Source: Patescibacteria group bacterium
GTDB taxonomy: Bacteria > Patescibacteriota > Patescibacteriia > JAHIZJ01
Assembly (NCBI GenBank): GCA_041650335.1
Contig: JBAZLK010000001.1
Location: forward strand, 228,940-292,939
Direction of reading: 5' to 3'
DNA: 64,000 nt
Shown here one piece after another: positions 1-10,452 of the stretch. Position 1 is the stretch's first letter, and each line of letters begins with the position of its first letter. The notes beneath the pieces were generated by a model, which saw only the letters and a program-made list of their open reading frames with translations, searched no databases and was not told where the DNA came from. Made by a program: the position numbers and the translations under genes.

Positions 1-1
1 G

Positions 2-1042
2 CTGAACGGCGCCGGCATTCAGCCCGACTTTTTACTCTGCCGCGCTGAGAAGCCGCTCGATCAGCCGCGCCGTGAAAAGCTCGCCATCTTCTGCAATATG
101 AAACCGGCGAATGTTTTGGCGGCAATTGATGTGGATAATATCTACAACGTGCCAATCAATTATGAAAAAGAGAGACTCGCGGAGAAAATACTCCAGCTTC
201 TCAATATTGCCCCGAGAGCGAATACCCTCAGTTCCTGGAAACGCTTGCTCCGGAACATGGACCAAGCGACAAGGCCGGTTCGGATCGGAATTGTCGGAAA
301 ATATTTTGCCACGGGTAATTTTATTTTGGCTGATTCGTATATTTCAGTTATCGAAGCAATCAAACACGCCGCCTGGGCGCGGCATTTGAAGCCGGAACTT
401 CATTGGATAAACTCTGAGGAATTCGAAAAAGATCCGAGCGCGGCGAAAGAATTGTCGCGCTACGACGGCATAATCGTTCCGCAGGGCTGGGGAAGTCGCG
501 GCGCCGAAGGAAAAATATCGGCGATTCGCTATATCCGCGAACACAATATTCCATACCTCGGATTATGCTATGGCATGCAGATGGCCGTGATTGAATTTGC
601 CCGGAACGTCGCCAGATTAAAAGGCGCTCATACGCTAGAGGCCGATCCAAAAACGCCCAACCCGGTCATTCATATCATGCCGGAACAAAAAGAATACCTG
701 GCCAAGAAGCAATATGGCGGAACCATCCGGCTCGGTAATTGGCCTTGCCGATTGACGCCAAAAACGAAAACTGCCGCCGCCTATGGCACTGGGGTTCGAA
801 CCGTGCAGGAACGCCACCGCCACCGGTACGAGTTCAACATGGCATATCGCAAACGGCTGGAAGACAAAGGCTTAGTTATCGCCGGCACCTCACCGGACGG
901 GAAGCTCGTCGAAGCGATTGAATTACGCGGCCACCCCTTCTTTGTCGGCACCCAATTTCATCCAGAATATAAATCGCACCCGGAAGCCCCCCACCCGTTG
1001 TTTCTTGCCTTCGTGAAAGCGTGTGCGGTGCCAAAGAAATAG
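2..1042 (+). CDS. pyrG: CTP synthase (5'-truncated by window edge)
   Basis: Frame is open from nt 2 (LNGAGIQPDFLLCRAE...). Glutamine amidotransferase motifs GIVGKY, PYLGLCYGMQ, ERHRHRYE and GTQFHPE are present. Confidence 0.97.
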   Translation: MNGAGIQPDFLLCRAEKPLDQPRREKLAIFCNMKPANVLAAIDVDNIYNVPINYEKERLAEKILQLLNIAPRANTLSSWKRLLRNMDQATRPVRIGIVGKYFATGNFILADSYISVIEAIKHAAWARHLKPELHWINSEEFEKDPSAAKELSRYDGIIVPQGWGSRGAEGKISAIRYIREHNIPYLGLCYGMQMAVIEFARNVARLKGAHTLEADPKTPNPVIHIMPEQKEYLAKKQYGGTIRLGNWPCRLTPKTKTAAAYGTGVRTVQERHRHRYEFNMAYRKRLEDKGLVIAGTSPDGKLVEAIELRGHPFFVGTQFHPEYKSHPEAPHPLFLAFVKACAVPKK

Positions 1043-1051
1043 GTTGTTCCC

Positions 1052-1087
1052 ATACAAAAAAACCGCGCTTGGCGGGTTTTTTTGTAT
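1052..1087. terminator. Bidirectional intrinsic terminator between convergent pyrG and rpmA
   Basis: ATACAAAAAAACCGC-GCTTG-GCGGGTTTTTTTGTAT: GC hairpin flanked by A and T tracts. Confidence 0.8.
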
Positions 1088-1098
1088 TGAATGAGTCG

Positions 1099-1377
1099 TT
1101 ATTGCGGTTTGACGCTGACGTAGACGGCCGTTTTTAGCGTGCCGTCAAAGCGTTTGCGCTTTTTCTTTGAAAATACGACCACCCCATCGGTTAACGAGAA
1201 AAGAGTGTCGTCCTTTCCGCGTTTGACGTTTTTGCCAGCATGGTATTTTGTTCCGCGCTGTCGGATCAGAACATTCCCTTTTCTGGCTGGTTGGCCACCG
1301 AAGAGTTTCACCCCGAGGCGCTGACTCTGTGAATCGCGGCCGAGACTAGTCGAACCCCCTGATTTTGTGTGTGCCAT
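1099..1377 (-). CDS. rpmA: 50S ribosomal protein L27
   Basis: [24 protein letters not shown]...[10 protein letters not shown]...GKDDTLF matches bL27. Confidence 0.98.
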   Translation of the reverse strand: MAHTKSGGSTSLGRDSQSQRLGVKLFGGQPARKGNVLIRQRGTKYHAGKNVKRGKDDTLFSLTDGVVVFSKKKRKRFDGTLKTAVYVSVKPQ

Positions 1378-1440
1378 GCGTTCTCTCTAAAAAGTAGATT
1401 AACGAAAACAGTATATCGTCGATTAATAAAAGTGTCAACT

Positions 1441-1749
1441 CTACTCGGTTTCAACGCTCGCGTTGCTCGGGGCCGGGGCGAACGGGTCATGCGTCGGGAG
1501 CGTCAGATGAGTCGAGTCTTTTTTTATTATCTGGTTATCTTTCAACGATTTGAGTAGTTTCTGGTTTATTTTACTCTGCCGGGCGGTTACCTGATTTTCT
1601 TGGACCAGCGGCGGGTGAAGTATCGCCTCATCAATGACGCGATACTGGCTGTAGAGCACCCAAATGAGGAAGAGGCTGCAAACGAGCCAGGCGATTTTCG
1701 GACCGTACGTTCTGAGAATGGTTGTCGGAATTTTCATATTTATCTCCAA
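1441..1749 (-). CDS. Small membrane-anchored protein, last gene of pilus operon (PilP-position)
   Basis: Single N-terminal TM segment and a C-terminal DPF motif; overlaps the end of pilO, following pilMNO. Confidence 0.6.
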   Translation of the reverse strand: MEINMKIPTTILRTYGPKIAWLVCSLFLIWVLYSQYRVIDEAILHPPLVQENQVTARQSKINQKLLKSLKDNQIIKKDSTHLTLPTHDPFAPAPSNASVETE

Positions 1750-2309
1750 TATGAGTTACCGCCGAGCGTAAGTTGTAGGGTCTGGCCGGTGGGCGGTGGC
1801 AAGGTTGTCGAGTTTGTTTTATTTGATACTGGACTGGTGGTTACCGTTACGTTCAATTGTTGGAAGGACAAATAATATTCTTGCGATTCGAGCTCGGCGA
1901 CAAACCCGATGATATTGGCATAACCCCCATCAACTTTTATTGAAATCGGCTGTTCGATCACTGGGCTGGTATTGTCATCCGGAAACTCGTCCAAGTCAAT
2001 GGTTATTTCCAGTGAGTGTTTCTCGGCAATTCCTTCAAGCGTAGAAATAAATTGTAGAATTTCAGTTTTGTCGATGAGAAAGGAATTGAGTTGGTTTTCG
2101 GCCTGGGTGAGTTCGCTGGTAATGTCGGTGGTGTCAATCTTTTGCACCTGTTCTTTTAAGAGCGTCAGATCAACCCGTTTTTCGTTTAAGGTCGCTAAAA
2201 TTTCCTCATTTTTTTCTTGGTAGGGGATAAAGACAAAAACAATTGAGCCAACGATCACGAGGATAATAGCGACAGCGAGGTAGAAAGTTTTATTGACGCG
2301 CAATGTCAT
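1740..2309 (-). CDS. pilO: Type IV pilus assembly protein PilO-like
   Basis: TM plus coiled coil plus ferredoxin-like core (ISIKVDGGYANIIGFVAELE); downstream of pilM/pilN. Confidence 0.8.
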   Translation of the reverse strand: MTLRVNKTFYLAVAIILVIVGSIVFVFIPYQEKNEEILATLNEKRVDLTLLKEQVQKIDTTDITSELTQAENQLNSFLIDKTEILQFISTLEGIAEKHSLEITIDLDEFPDDNTSPVIEQPISIKVDGGYANIIGFVAELESQEYYLSFQQLNVTVTTSPVSNKTNSTTLPPPTGQTLQLTLGGNSYWR

Positions 2310-2862
2310 AATTTGGGATTTTCGCTTGGTTGAGGATGCCCGTAAACCGAAAGGGGATGTTCTCCTTGATCGTAAGATAGGCGGTTGGGTAGTCGAGGTT
2401 CTCTAGAAATGGAACACTTTTCAATTTATTTTGGAAATTGACAAGGTCGGTGCGCGTTCGGGCGGTGCCGCTAATCGTAATATTGTTATCCTCGGGCGCA
2501 ACGACAATTGTTTGCAGGGTGATATTTTCACCAACCGCCTGGCCGATGGTCGTGAGAACGGTTGACCATTTGATATAGTTCTTCTGGACGGAAAAGAGCG
2601 TATTCGCTTTTTGGTTGATCTTTTTCACCAGGTCATCCGTTGGGGCGTGGCCGCTCGTTTGAAGGGTTTGCTTCAAGCCGTCGATCTCGCTTTGTACCTT
2701 TCGGGCTTCAGTCTGAATCAGATAGCGCGTGGTCAAGGTCAGTGCGACCGCTAAGGCGCAAACACCAAAGAATGAGATAACCACCCGTCGAATACGGGAA
2801 AAGTTTTTTTCTGAGAGCAGCTGCGCTTTTTTTGACGGTGGTAAAAGGTTTAAAATAATCAC
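2290..2862 (-). CDS. pilN: Type IV pilus assembly protein PilN-like
   Basis: N-terminal (I)LNLLP PilM-binding motif, TM, coiled coil, ITISGTA. Confidence 0.85.
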   Translation of the reverse strand: MIILNLLPPSKKAQLLSEKNFSRIRRVVISFFGVCALAVALTLTTRYLIQTEARKVQSEIDGLKQTLQTSGHAPTDDLVKKINQKANTLFSVQKNYIKWSTVLTTIGQAVGENITLQTIVVAPEDNNITISGTARTRTDLVNFQNKLKSVPFLENLDYPTAYLTIKENIPFRFTGILNQAKIPNYDIARQ

Positions 2863-2864
2863 GG

Positions 2865-3941
2865 CTATTTTGAATATGATTCAGAAATTCCGATCAAGCC
2901 GAGCCCGATCGCAGTACAGTGCGAGGCTGCCTGACTGGGGGAGACTATGTTTGTCTTTCGCAGTGATTCCGCTCTTTGCCATGGGTTTCCAAGGCTCACT
3001 TTTTTGGATAGGCGCTGGCTCAGTACAATATCAACATTCTTTAAATTCGCACCCCCGCCGACGAGAACGATTTGTTGGATGTCCGATCCAAGGGTATTAT
3101 GCGTTTTGTAGAAACTGAGAATCGTGGCAATGTGCTTCTGGATTTTTGAAAGATAGGGCAAGAGCGTGTTCGGGATGACGGCTTTGCCACGGGTTGGATC
3201 AAGGCCGCAAAGGCGTTTTGCGTCCTCAGCTTCCTGATCGGTGATTTTCAGTTTTTTGGCAATGAGCTCGGTCATGGCATACCCGGAAATATCTTTGGTC
3301 GAGGAGCTGTAGGTAACAACGCCGCGGTCAACGATGATGCTGCTCGTTCGATGGAGGCCGATGTCGAGAACCAGGGCGGAAAAATCTTTTTCCGTTTTTT
3401 GAGGCGCCAGGGCGTAGGTTATCGCCATTGGTTCAATGATCAGACCGATCGGCTTTAAGTCGGCGTCTTCGAGAACAGCCGTATACGCGTCAGCCACAGT
3501 TTTCGGGATTGCCCCAATCAGGACGCGATGGGTGTTGGCGGTTTGATTTGATTCCAGCACGCGCCAGTCAAGGTACATGTCATCGATCGCATAGGGGATA
3601 TGTTGCGCCGCCTCCCAGCGGATCGTTTCCGCCATTTGGCTATTGTCGACTTGCGGTATTTCAATAATCTTCACAAACGATTTCCATTCGGGCAATGAAG
3701 CAAAAACCCGCTTCGTCGTGAAACGGCCTTTTTTGGGACCGGCGATAAGTTTCTTGATCACTTCGCTGACAGCGCGCGGTTCTAAAATCTCGCCGTATTT
3801 CATGAGCCCGGCCGGTACGGGCGTTTGATTGTACGCTTCAATAGAAAGCGTGCGGCCTTGGCCGGTAAATTGAATCGCCCGGATAGTCAGATCGCTGATA
3901 TCTAGGCCGAAGGCTTTTGAATTATTATGGAGTGATGACAT
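2865..3941 (-). CDS. pilM: Type IV pilus assembly ATPase-fold protein PilM
   Basis: FGLDISD, LVLDIG and IVLVGGGA actin-like motifs; EAAQHIPY. Start reassigned to ATG at 3941 (MSSLHNN). Confidence 0.92.
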   Translation of the reverse strand: MSSLHNNSKAFGLDISDLTIRAIQFTGQGRTLSIEAYNQTPVPAGLMKYGEILEPRAVSEVIKKLIAGPKKGRFTTKRVFASLPEWKSFVKIIEIPQVDNSQMAETIRWEAAQHIPYAIDDMYLDWRVLESNQTANTHRVLIGAIPKTVADAYTAVLEDADLKPIGLIIEPMAITYALAPQKTEKDFSALVLDIGLHRTSSIIVDRGVVTYSSSTKDISGYAMTELIAKKLKITDQEAEDAKRLCGLDPTRGKAVIPNTLLPYLSKIQKHIATILSFYKTHNTLGSDIQQIVLVGGGANLKNVDIVLSQRLSKKVSLGNPWQRAESLRKTNIVSPSQAASHCTAIGLGLIGISESYSK

Positions 3942-4014
3942 TGCTGAAAATAACTTTTTTGGCGTCTGCTGAATATTAGTATACCTTTTTTTTCTTACAA
4001 GAACCAGGCGGCTA

Positions 4015-5406
4015 TCAGGTTTTAATTTCTTTCCAGGAAATAAAGTTATATTCGCCGGTACCGGGAAAGAACGGCGGTGGGGCATAGATTAAAGCCGGTT
4101 CGAAATAGGATTCCGTGATTTGATACCCTGAAATTACGGTGCCGCCGCTATTCACCCATGACCAAGTCCAGACATTGTTCGTAATAATCGAGCCCCGGAC
4201 CATAATTCTGTTTTTTACGTCGCCGGGATAGTAGTAACGCTGGACAGCGCCTTTTTGGGCGACCATGACGGCTTGGATTTCCAATACATTCGGGGAGTAG
4301 CGGGGAACTAATACATTTTTTTGAGCGATCAGGCCGAGCATGGTGTCAGTCGGATCGGCTCTGGTCAGATTGCCGTTAATGATGATTGACGAATTCGTGG
4401 CGTCGAGATCCGGAAATTGGGCGGCCGCGACAGTAGCTTTTTCTTTTAACACGCCGTCAACCCATACTTTTTTATCTTCAACGAAGATCAGATTTTGAAT
4501 GCCGCATTCATCAACGGCCAAATCATACCGGTCGACAAAATCTTCGTGTTTAATGTCGTTTGAATCCCAGCCGCAATTTCCCTGAGTATCGCAGCCATAG
4601 ACGTCCGATTTTAGCTGGGTGACTTTATAGAGCTCGAAGGCGCCGGTATTTTTAAACAAAATGTGATAACCATACGCGCCGGATGGCCCGAAGTAGTAGC
4701 CGCCGTTTTGCGCTTTCGTTTTTAGATCAGCCAGGTCGGTCGTGATGACGTTAAAATCCACGGTGGACACGGGGAAGCGCCATAAACCATCGGCGCCGCC
4801 GCTCCCGTTGCCCCAGATCCCTGGCTTTTCTTCAGCCGGATCGCAACCGTGCATCGGCTGGCAGGTATATGTTTCCTTCGCTGAGGTCGATTCGGCGTTT
4901 TGGGTGCCGTCCATTCGAATGCCGCCATTGGAATGAAGCGGTCCTTGGACGTCTTCGTTCTCACCAATCCAGATATCAGAATTTGTTAGAAAGGCGTACT
5001 GAGCCAGCGAGGCCCGATTATACCGCACCTCGATCGTGCGTTTAACATTTGGAAAATCAAGCGTCCAGCCGGTCGATTTGACCGTAACCATCGTGGTGCA
5101 GGTAACGGGCTCCGTAATTTCCAACTGGTACTGGCCGATGACGCCGCCCTGAGGGTCGTTGTAATCATAGGTTCCCGAAAAACTGAAGTCGTTTGAGGCG
5201 TGGACGAGGTGCCACCGGCTGTAGTTGGCGCCGGCTTCCGCGATGGCCAGCGAGCGTTCCCAGGAGATTTGTCGGATTGTGTACTTATTCTGCGACAGGA
5301 CAAGATTGATGATGCCGCCAAGCATAAGCATGAAAATAGTCAAAAAGACGACCGCCATAACAAGAATGGCGCCTTGGGGCTTATGATGTGTCGCGTTTTG
5401 GTTCAT
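4015..5406 (-). CDS. PilX-like minor pilin with large Cys-containing C-terminal domain
   Basis: QGAILVMAVVF prepilin-like start lacking E5; ALAIAEAG PilX-N motif; C-terminal ISWKE. Confidence 0.75.
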   Translation of the reverse strand: MNQNATHHKPQGAILVMAVVFLTIFMLMLGGIINLVLSQNKYTIRQISWERSLAIAEAGANYSRWHLVHASNDFSFSGTYDYNDPQGGVIGQYQLEITEPVTCTTMVTVKSTGWTLDFPNVKRTIEVRYNRASLAQYAFLTNSDIWIGENEDVQGPLHSNGGIRMDGTQNAESTSAKETYTCQPMHGCDPAEEKPGIWGNGSGGADGLWRFPVSTVDFNVITTDLADLKTKAQNGGYYFGPSGAYGYHILFKNTGAFELYKVTQLKSDVYGCDTQGNCGWDSNDIKHEDFVDRYDLAVDECGIQNLIFVEDKKVWVDGVLKEKATVAAAQFPDLDATNSSIIINGNLTRADPTDTMLGLIAQKNVLVPRYSPNVLEIQAVMVAQKGAVQRYYYPGDVKNRIMVRGSIITNNVWTWSWVNSGGTVISGYQITESYFEPALIYAPPPFFPGTGEYNFISWKEIKT

Positions 5407-6020
5407 AAGTTATTTTTCAGATTACGTATCTGGACCTCAGTCACCACCTCGGTTTCATTCGGCGCCTGACTTTCATTAACATTTATTCGTAAATAAAAGT
5501 TTAAGAGCTTTGTTTCGGTTAAACGGGTCGGCGTCGGCAGGGGATTATGGGTCATATCGCCCGGGTAATCGCCATTGTAATACACGAAGATGGGCGTTGC
5601 CCCATTCCGGACGTATTCGGCAATTGTGGTGACAGACTCGGTGGTCGGGTCGTATACGATCGGAATGCCGCTGGGTTCGACCACCCCTTTTTTAAAAACC
5701 GTTCCATCAAGAAAATACCGGACGCGCTCGATCGCGCCATCGCTATCGATATTGCTAAAAAAGATGATCTCCTGGTCTTCGGCCCGATTGAGAATATACG
5801 AGCCGTCATCACCCGGTGCCGCGTCGCGCAGTTCTTTGACCATCGTTTGGGCGCTTTGGCGTGCATATTCCACTTGTTGTTGCTGTTCGGTGGCGAAGGT
5901 TTGAAAGCGTAAGCCCTGGAAAAAGAAGGTCAATAAAGCCGCCAACGCCAGACTAAAAATCGTAAGCGCAACCAGTGTTTCAATAAGCGTAAACCCAGTT
6001 TTTTTAGTATTGGTAGGCAT
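5403..6020 (-). CDS. Minor prepilin (PilW/GspJ-like)
   Basis: KKTG|FTLIETLVAL class III signal; MVKELRDA; ERVRYFL. Confidence 0.85.
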   Translation of the reverse strand: MPTNTKKTGFTLIETLVALTIFSLALAALLTFFFQGLRFQTFATEQQQQVEYARQSAQTMVKELRDAAPGDDGSYILNRAEDQEIIFFSNIDSDGAIERVRYFLDGTVFKKGVVEPSGIPIVYDPTTESVTTIAEYVRNGATPIFVYYNGDYPGDMTHNPLPTPTRLTETKLLNFYLRINVNESQAPNETEVVTEVQIRNLKNNL

Positions 6021-6023
6021 GGT

Positions 6024-7367
6024 TTAGATAGGAGGAATCATCACGACCTCGATGGTTCTTTGACCTTCGACGGTAATGAGCTCGTTATAGATCTCATAGC
6101 CGGTGACTTCGATGTGAAGCACATAATCGCTTTGTTCGAGCGGTGTGAAAAACGCTTGCCCCCAGGCCGTCGTTGTCTTCTGTCCGTTGTACGGTGGCAC
6201 CACCCGGTTCAGCTGGACGGGAACATTCGGCATGAGGACCATGTTTTGGTCACGGACAGTGACGAGCAGGGTGTGATTCGCATGCGGTGTCTCGAGCGCG
6301 ATGTCGGTATTCTGTGTCGCGCCCGGATCAAGCGTTATCGGCAGCGGTGGATTGGCACCGGCGATATCGTAATTGATTCCGGCATTATCGATGCTGAAGT
6401 GGTAGGTATCCCATTCAAGATCAGGAATTGTGATTTCACCTGATGCGTTCGTGGTGAACGTCTGGGTATATTTATAGATCGGATTGTTTTCTCCGTCGGT
6501 GCCAATTATTTTTGAACCGTGCAACGCGAAATCGATATTCGGGAGCGGCTGACTGGCCTGATCGAGTGTCCGGATTGTCGCCGTGCCAAGCTGGTCAATC
6601 GCAAAGCTCGCTTCGGTCACCACGTTTAAATATACCGACAAGGGCGGATGGGCGGGATTGGGATTGGCGACAGGATCTACCTCATAGGTTTGATCTGTGC
6701 TGAAGCCGTCCTTTGTCACCCGGACGTCATAGGTTTCGATTGACGGGGGCATGCCTGGTAAAACCAGCGTACCGTTCGTCTGAGTCGTTGTATCGTACGA
6801 GATAACCGGAACAACGTCGGTATTTTCGATATGGACAGCGGCTGATGGTACGGGCTGTCCATGCGCATCAAACACGGTCAGCAGAATTGTTCCACCGTCG
6901 ACCGTTTTCTCCATCCCCTTGGGCGTTACTTCAGTGACCAAAACGATGGGTTTATTGATAAGCATCCGCGACCACGTTACCTCGATCCGAACGCTCTTGT
7001 AATCGGCGCTGTTTGTGTCAGGCGGGCTGCCGCTGGCCGTGCCATCAAACGGATCGTCAACATAGCGGATATCTGTTTCGAGGGTATAGGTAATGTGGTT
7101 TAACACCACCACTTCGGTTTGCGGGATCGTGCCATTCGGAATGCCGCTGGCAATGCCGACATCATCATATGAGAGGTTTCGGATCATTTCCATTCGTTTA
7201 TTCGCGATCGCGATCGCGTCGACGCGGGCTCGGTTGTCGGACAGTATCTTCGTGCCATAATCCATCAGGGTGTAGAAACCGACCATCACGATGGCGAATA
7301 TCGTTAAGCCGACTAAAACCTCAATAAGGGTAAAGCCGTGTTGTTTTATCGCAGTGTTAGATCGCAT
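6024..7367 (-). CDS. Minor prepilin (PilV-like) fused to carboxypeptidase-regulatory-like beta-sandwich repeats
   Basis: QHG|FTLIEVLV signal; repeated 'V.D..GQP.P.A.V...TT..NG' Ig-like segments. Confidence 0.8.
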   Translation of the reverse strand: MRSNTAIKQHGFTLIEVLVGLTIFAIVMVGFYTLMDYGTKILSDNRARVDAIAIANKRMEMIRNLSYDDVGIASGIPNGTIPQTEVVVLNHITYTLETDIRYVDDPFDGTASGSPPDTNSADYKSVRIEVTWSRMLINKPIVLVTEVTPKGMEKTVDGGTILLTVFDAHGQPVPSAAVHIENTDVVPVISYDTTTQTNGTLVLPGMPPSIETYDVRVTKDGFSTDQTYEVDPVANPNPAHPPLSVYLNVVTEASFAIDQLGTATIRTLDQASQPLPNIDFALHGSKIIGTDGENNPIYKYTQTFTTNASGEITIPDLEWDTYHFSIDNAGINYDIAGANPPLPITLDPGATQNTDIALETPHANHTLLVTVRDQNMVLMPNVPVQLNRVVPPYNGQKTTTAWGQAFFTPLEQSDYVLHIEVTGYEIYNELITVEGQRTIEVVMIPPI

Positions 7368-8571
7368 TGGTCAGGCTATACATTGGTAAAATAATGGCGA
7401 CGGCCATGATGGCGACGGCCACGCCCATGATGACAAGAATGATTGGTTCAATAATCGTAGCCAGCGAGGCCATAGTTTCCTCGACGTCTTCCTCATAAAA
7501 AAGCGCGATTTCTTCCGAGAGTGTGTCCAGCGTACCCGATTGTTCGCCGACATTGATGATCTGAGTGACAACCGGCGGGAAAAGGCGCGGGTATTTTTCG
7601 ATGACGGCGGTTATCGGCACGCCCTGCTTCACGCTGTCAGAAATGGCCATCATGGCATCTTGGTAGAAAACATTGCCGAGCGTTTTTGAAATGATTCTGA
7701 AAACCTCAACAATCGGGATGTCGGTTTTTAACAGGGAGCTCAAGGTTCTGGTAAAGCGGGCTAAATTCACCTTTTTAACAATTTTTCCGAAAATCGGTGT
7801 CCGCAAGAGGATCCGATGATAGAGGCGCCGGCCGGTCTTTGTTCGAATGAGGCGGAAAAAGATAAAGGCGAGAGCGACCGGAATGCCTAATACGAGAAGA
7901 ATATTCTTGGACGCAAAATTGCTTACGGAGATAATAATCCGGGTAATGAGGGGCAAGTCCACACCGCTCTCGGCAAATACCGCCGTTATTTTCGGCACGA
8001 CAAAGATGAACATGACGATGCCGATGCCGATCATCGCGACCAAGATAAAAGCGGGGTAGGTGAGAGCGCCCTTTACTTTCGCCAGCAAATTGTGGTCTTT
8101 CTTCATTTGGATCGTGAGCCGGTCAAGCACGGTTTCAAGCTGACCGGAGACCTCACCGGCTTCGATCATGTTCACGAATACCGGCGAAAACACTTTCGGG
8201 TAATTATGCATGACCGAAGCAAGTGTTTTTCCGGTTTCGACTTCTTGGCGGAGCTGATCGATAATTTTCGCGAAATACTTATTGCCCGTTTGGAGGCTTA
8301 AGGTTTTCAGCGCCTTGGCGATTGAGAAACCTGTCCGGGCCATAACCTGGAGATTTTGGGTGAAGAAGATTTTATCGACCAGCGTGACAGACTTAAATTT
8401 ATCGAGCCAGGACAACTTGGTTGAAGCGCGTCGGTCGACGACGGTAGCTGAAACAAGCAGAAGACCTTCTTTCTTCAGCTGTTCTTGAAGCTCGTTTTGA
8501 TCGGCCGCCTCGCTCTGAGCGCGTTTCATCGCACCCGTGGCGCTTTGGGCCGTATACAAAAATACTGGCAT
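7357..8571 (-). CDS. pilC: Type II secretion F / PilC platform protein
   Basis: AGEVSGQLE, ALTYP, VGEQSGTLD, IIEP, ILPMY. Confidence 0.95.
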   Translation of the reverse strand: MPVFLYTAQSATGAMKRAQSEAADQNELQEQLKKEGLLLVSATVVDRRASTKLSWLDKFKSVTLVDKIFFTQNLQVMARTGFSIAKALKTLSLQTGNKYFAKIIDQLRQEVETGKTLASVMHNYPKVFSPVFVNMIEAGEVSGQLETVLDRLTIQMKKDHNLLAKVKGALTYPAFILVAMIGIGIVMFIFVVPKITAVFAESGVDLPLITRIIISVSNFASKNILLVLGIPVALAFIFFRLIRTKTGRRLYHRILLRTPIFGKIVKKVNLARFTRTLSSLLKTDIPIVEVFRIISKTLGNVFYQDAMMAISDSVKQGVPITAVIEKYPRLFPPVVTQIINVGEQSGTLDTLSEEIALFYEEDVEETMASLATIIEPIILVIMGVAVAIMAVAIILPMYSLTNAI

Positions 8572-8573
8572 GA

Positions 8574-10307
8574 TTAATCCTTCGTTACCCGCAGGACTTC
8601 CTCAATGGTCGTAATACCCATTTTTGCCTTGATAAAGCCGTCTTCCAGCATGGTGGCCATGCCTTTTTTTCGGGCCAGCGGTTGCAACTCTTCGCTGGTG
8701 GCATTTTTTGTCACGAGCTCGGCGATCTCATGGTCAACCTCGAGCACCTCGTAGATACCGAGCCGACCCTTATAGCCAGTTTGGTTGCATTCTCGGCAGC
8801 CCTTGCCGCGATAAAACAACAGCGCTTCTGGCGAGGCGGCGGCCGGCGTCACTGCGCCTTCGCGTTCGAGGGCGGTGAGAAGCTCTTTGAAATTAATCTG
8901 CCGTTCCAGTTCTTCAATCGCTTTCGTGCTCAAGGTATAGCTCATGATACAGTTAGGACAAATTTTTCTGACCAGCCGCTGTGCCATGATTAAATTGGTT
9001 GTAGTCGCAACCAGGAACGATGGGATGCCCATCTCGAGTAAGCGCGGCAAGGCGCCGACCGCATCATTCGTATGCAGGGTCGAGAGAACGAGGTGTCCGG
9101 TCATAGCCGCATTGGCGGAAATCTCAGCCGTTTCTTTATCGCGGATTTCTCCGACCATGATGATATTCGGATCCTGACGGAGTAGGGCGCGCAAACCGAC
9201 CGAAAAACTGAAACCGATTTTCGGGTTTATCTGGCTTTGATTAATTCTCGGAATTCGATACTCGATCGGATCTTCGACGGTGGAAATGTTTACGCCAGGC
9301 TTATTGAGGATGTTTAAAATAGTATAGAGAGTGGTGGTTTTTCCCGATCCAGTCGGACCGGTGACGAGGATCATGCCGTGCGGTTTACTGATATTTTTTT
9401 TCACAATGTTGTAGGCGCTGGTCAGAAGGCCAAGCTGCTCCAAGCTCAGGATTTGAGCGGATTCGTTCAATAACCGCAAGACGACTTTTTCACCGTCATA
9501 CACCGGGATGATCGAAACGCGGAAGGCCACCTTATATTCCTCGGTGCTGACCTTGAACCGGCCATCCTGAGGCAGGCGATGTTCATCGAGCTTTAGATTC
9601 GAAAGAATTTTTATCCGAGCGATCACGCCGGATTGTATTTTTTTTGGCAGGGTCATGACCTCACGCAGGATGCCGTCGATCCGATACCGCACGATGACGT
9701 CACGCTCGGTCGGCTCGATGTGTATATCCGAAGCGCTTTCATAGATGGCATATTCAAGGAGCGTTTCGACAATCCGAATGATCGGCAAATCTTGAGCCAG
9801 TTTTTTCAGGTCACCTTGGTCAGCAGCGGCTTCTTCATGTTCGCCCGGGCTCGTGATTTCTTGAAACTTCGCTTTGATGCCTTTATGGTACTGTTTAATG
9901 ATTTCTTTGATTGAGCTCGGCGTGGTAACGGCAATATTTGGCTCGAGGTTAGTTTTTTTCTTTATGAAGTCGATTATTTCCAGATCGGTCGGATCGGTCA
10001 TGGCCAACTGGATGGTGCCACCCTCCTGGTCATAGGCAACAACCTGATGCACTTGGACAATCGTATCCGGTATAGTTTGGAGTAAATCCTTGCGGATTGC
10101 TTTTCGCTTCAAATCAACGAACGCAAGATTGAAATAACCGGCGATACCCTCGTATAAACCGTTTTCCGTCAGGATCTTTTTTCCGATTAAATAATCAGCC
10201 AACGATACATTCTCGTTGGCGGCATCAGTAATAGCTTTATTAAGATCTGCCTCGGGCAGGATCTTTGATTTCTGGAGTATTTCCTGGATTTGTTCCTGTT
10301 TTAACAT
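8574..10307 (-). CDS. pilB: PilB/GspE assembly ATPase
   Basis: ASDIHIEP, RLPQDGRF, Walker A GPTGSGKTTTLY, LRQDPNIIMVGEIRD, TGHLVLSTLHTN, CxxC...CxxC. Confidence 0.96.
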   Translation of the reverse strand: MLKQEQIQEILQKSKILPEADLNKAITDAANENVSLADYLIGKKILTENGLYEGIAGYFNLAFVDLKRKAIRKDLLQTIPDTIVQVHQVVAYDQEGGTIQLAMTDPTDLEIIDFIKKKTNLEPNIAVTTPSSIKEIIKQYHKGIKAKFQEITSPGEHEEAAADQGDLKKLAQDLPIIRIVETLLEYAIYESASDIHIEPTERDVIVRYRIDGILREVMTLPKKIQSGVIARIKILSNLKLDEHRLPQDGRFKVSTEEYKVAFRVSIIPVYDGEKVVLRLLNESAQILSLEQLGLLTSAYNIVKKNISKPHGMILVTGPTGSGKTTTLYTILNILNKPGVNISTVEDPIEYRIPRINQSQINPKIGFSFSVGLRALLRQDPNIIMVGEIRDKETAEISANAAMTGHLVLSTLHTNDAVGALPRLLEMGIPSFLVATTTNLIMAQRLVRKICPNCIMSYTLSTKAIEELERQINFKELLTALEREGAVTPAAASPEALLFYRGKGCRECNQTGYKGRLGIYEVLEVDHEIAELVTKNATSEELQPLARKKGMATMLEDGFIKAKMGITTIEEVLRVTKD

Positions 10308-10452
10308 AAAAAACGTTTTTATTTCTATCTATATTATATCACATATGAAAATATTCGTCAAATCCATTATATTGACTTTTCAATATGGTCATGTTTTATT
10401 TGTTAAGTTCGGGCAATGCTAGCGGCAATTTCTCTCACGGAGGAGGGTCGGC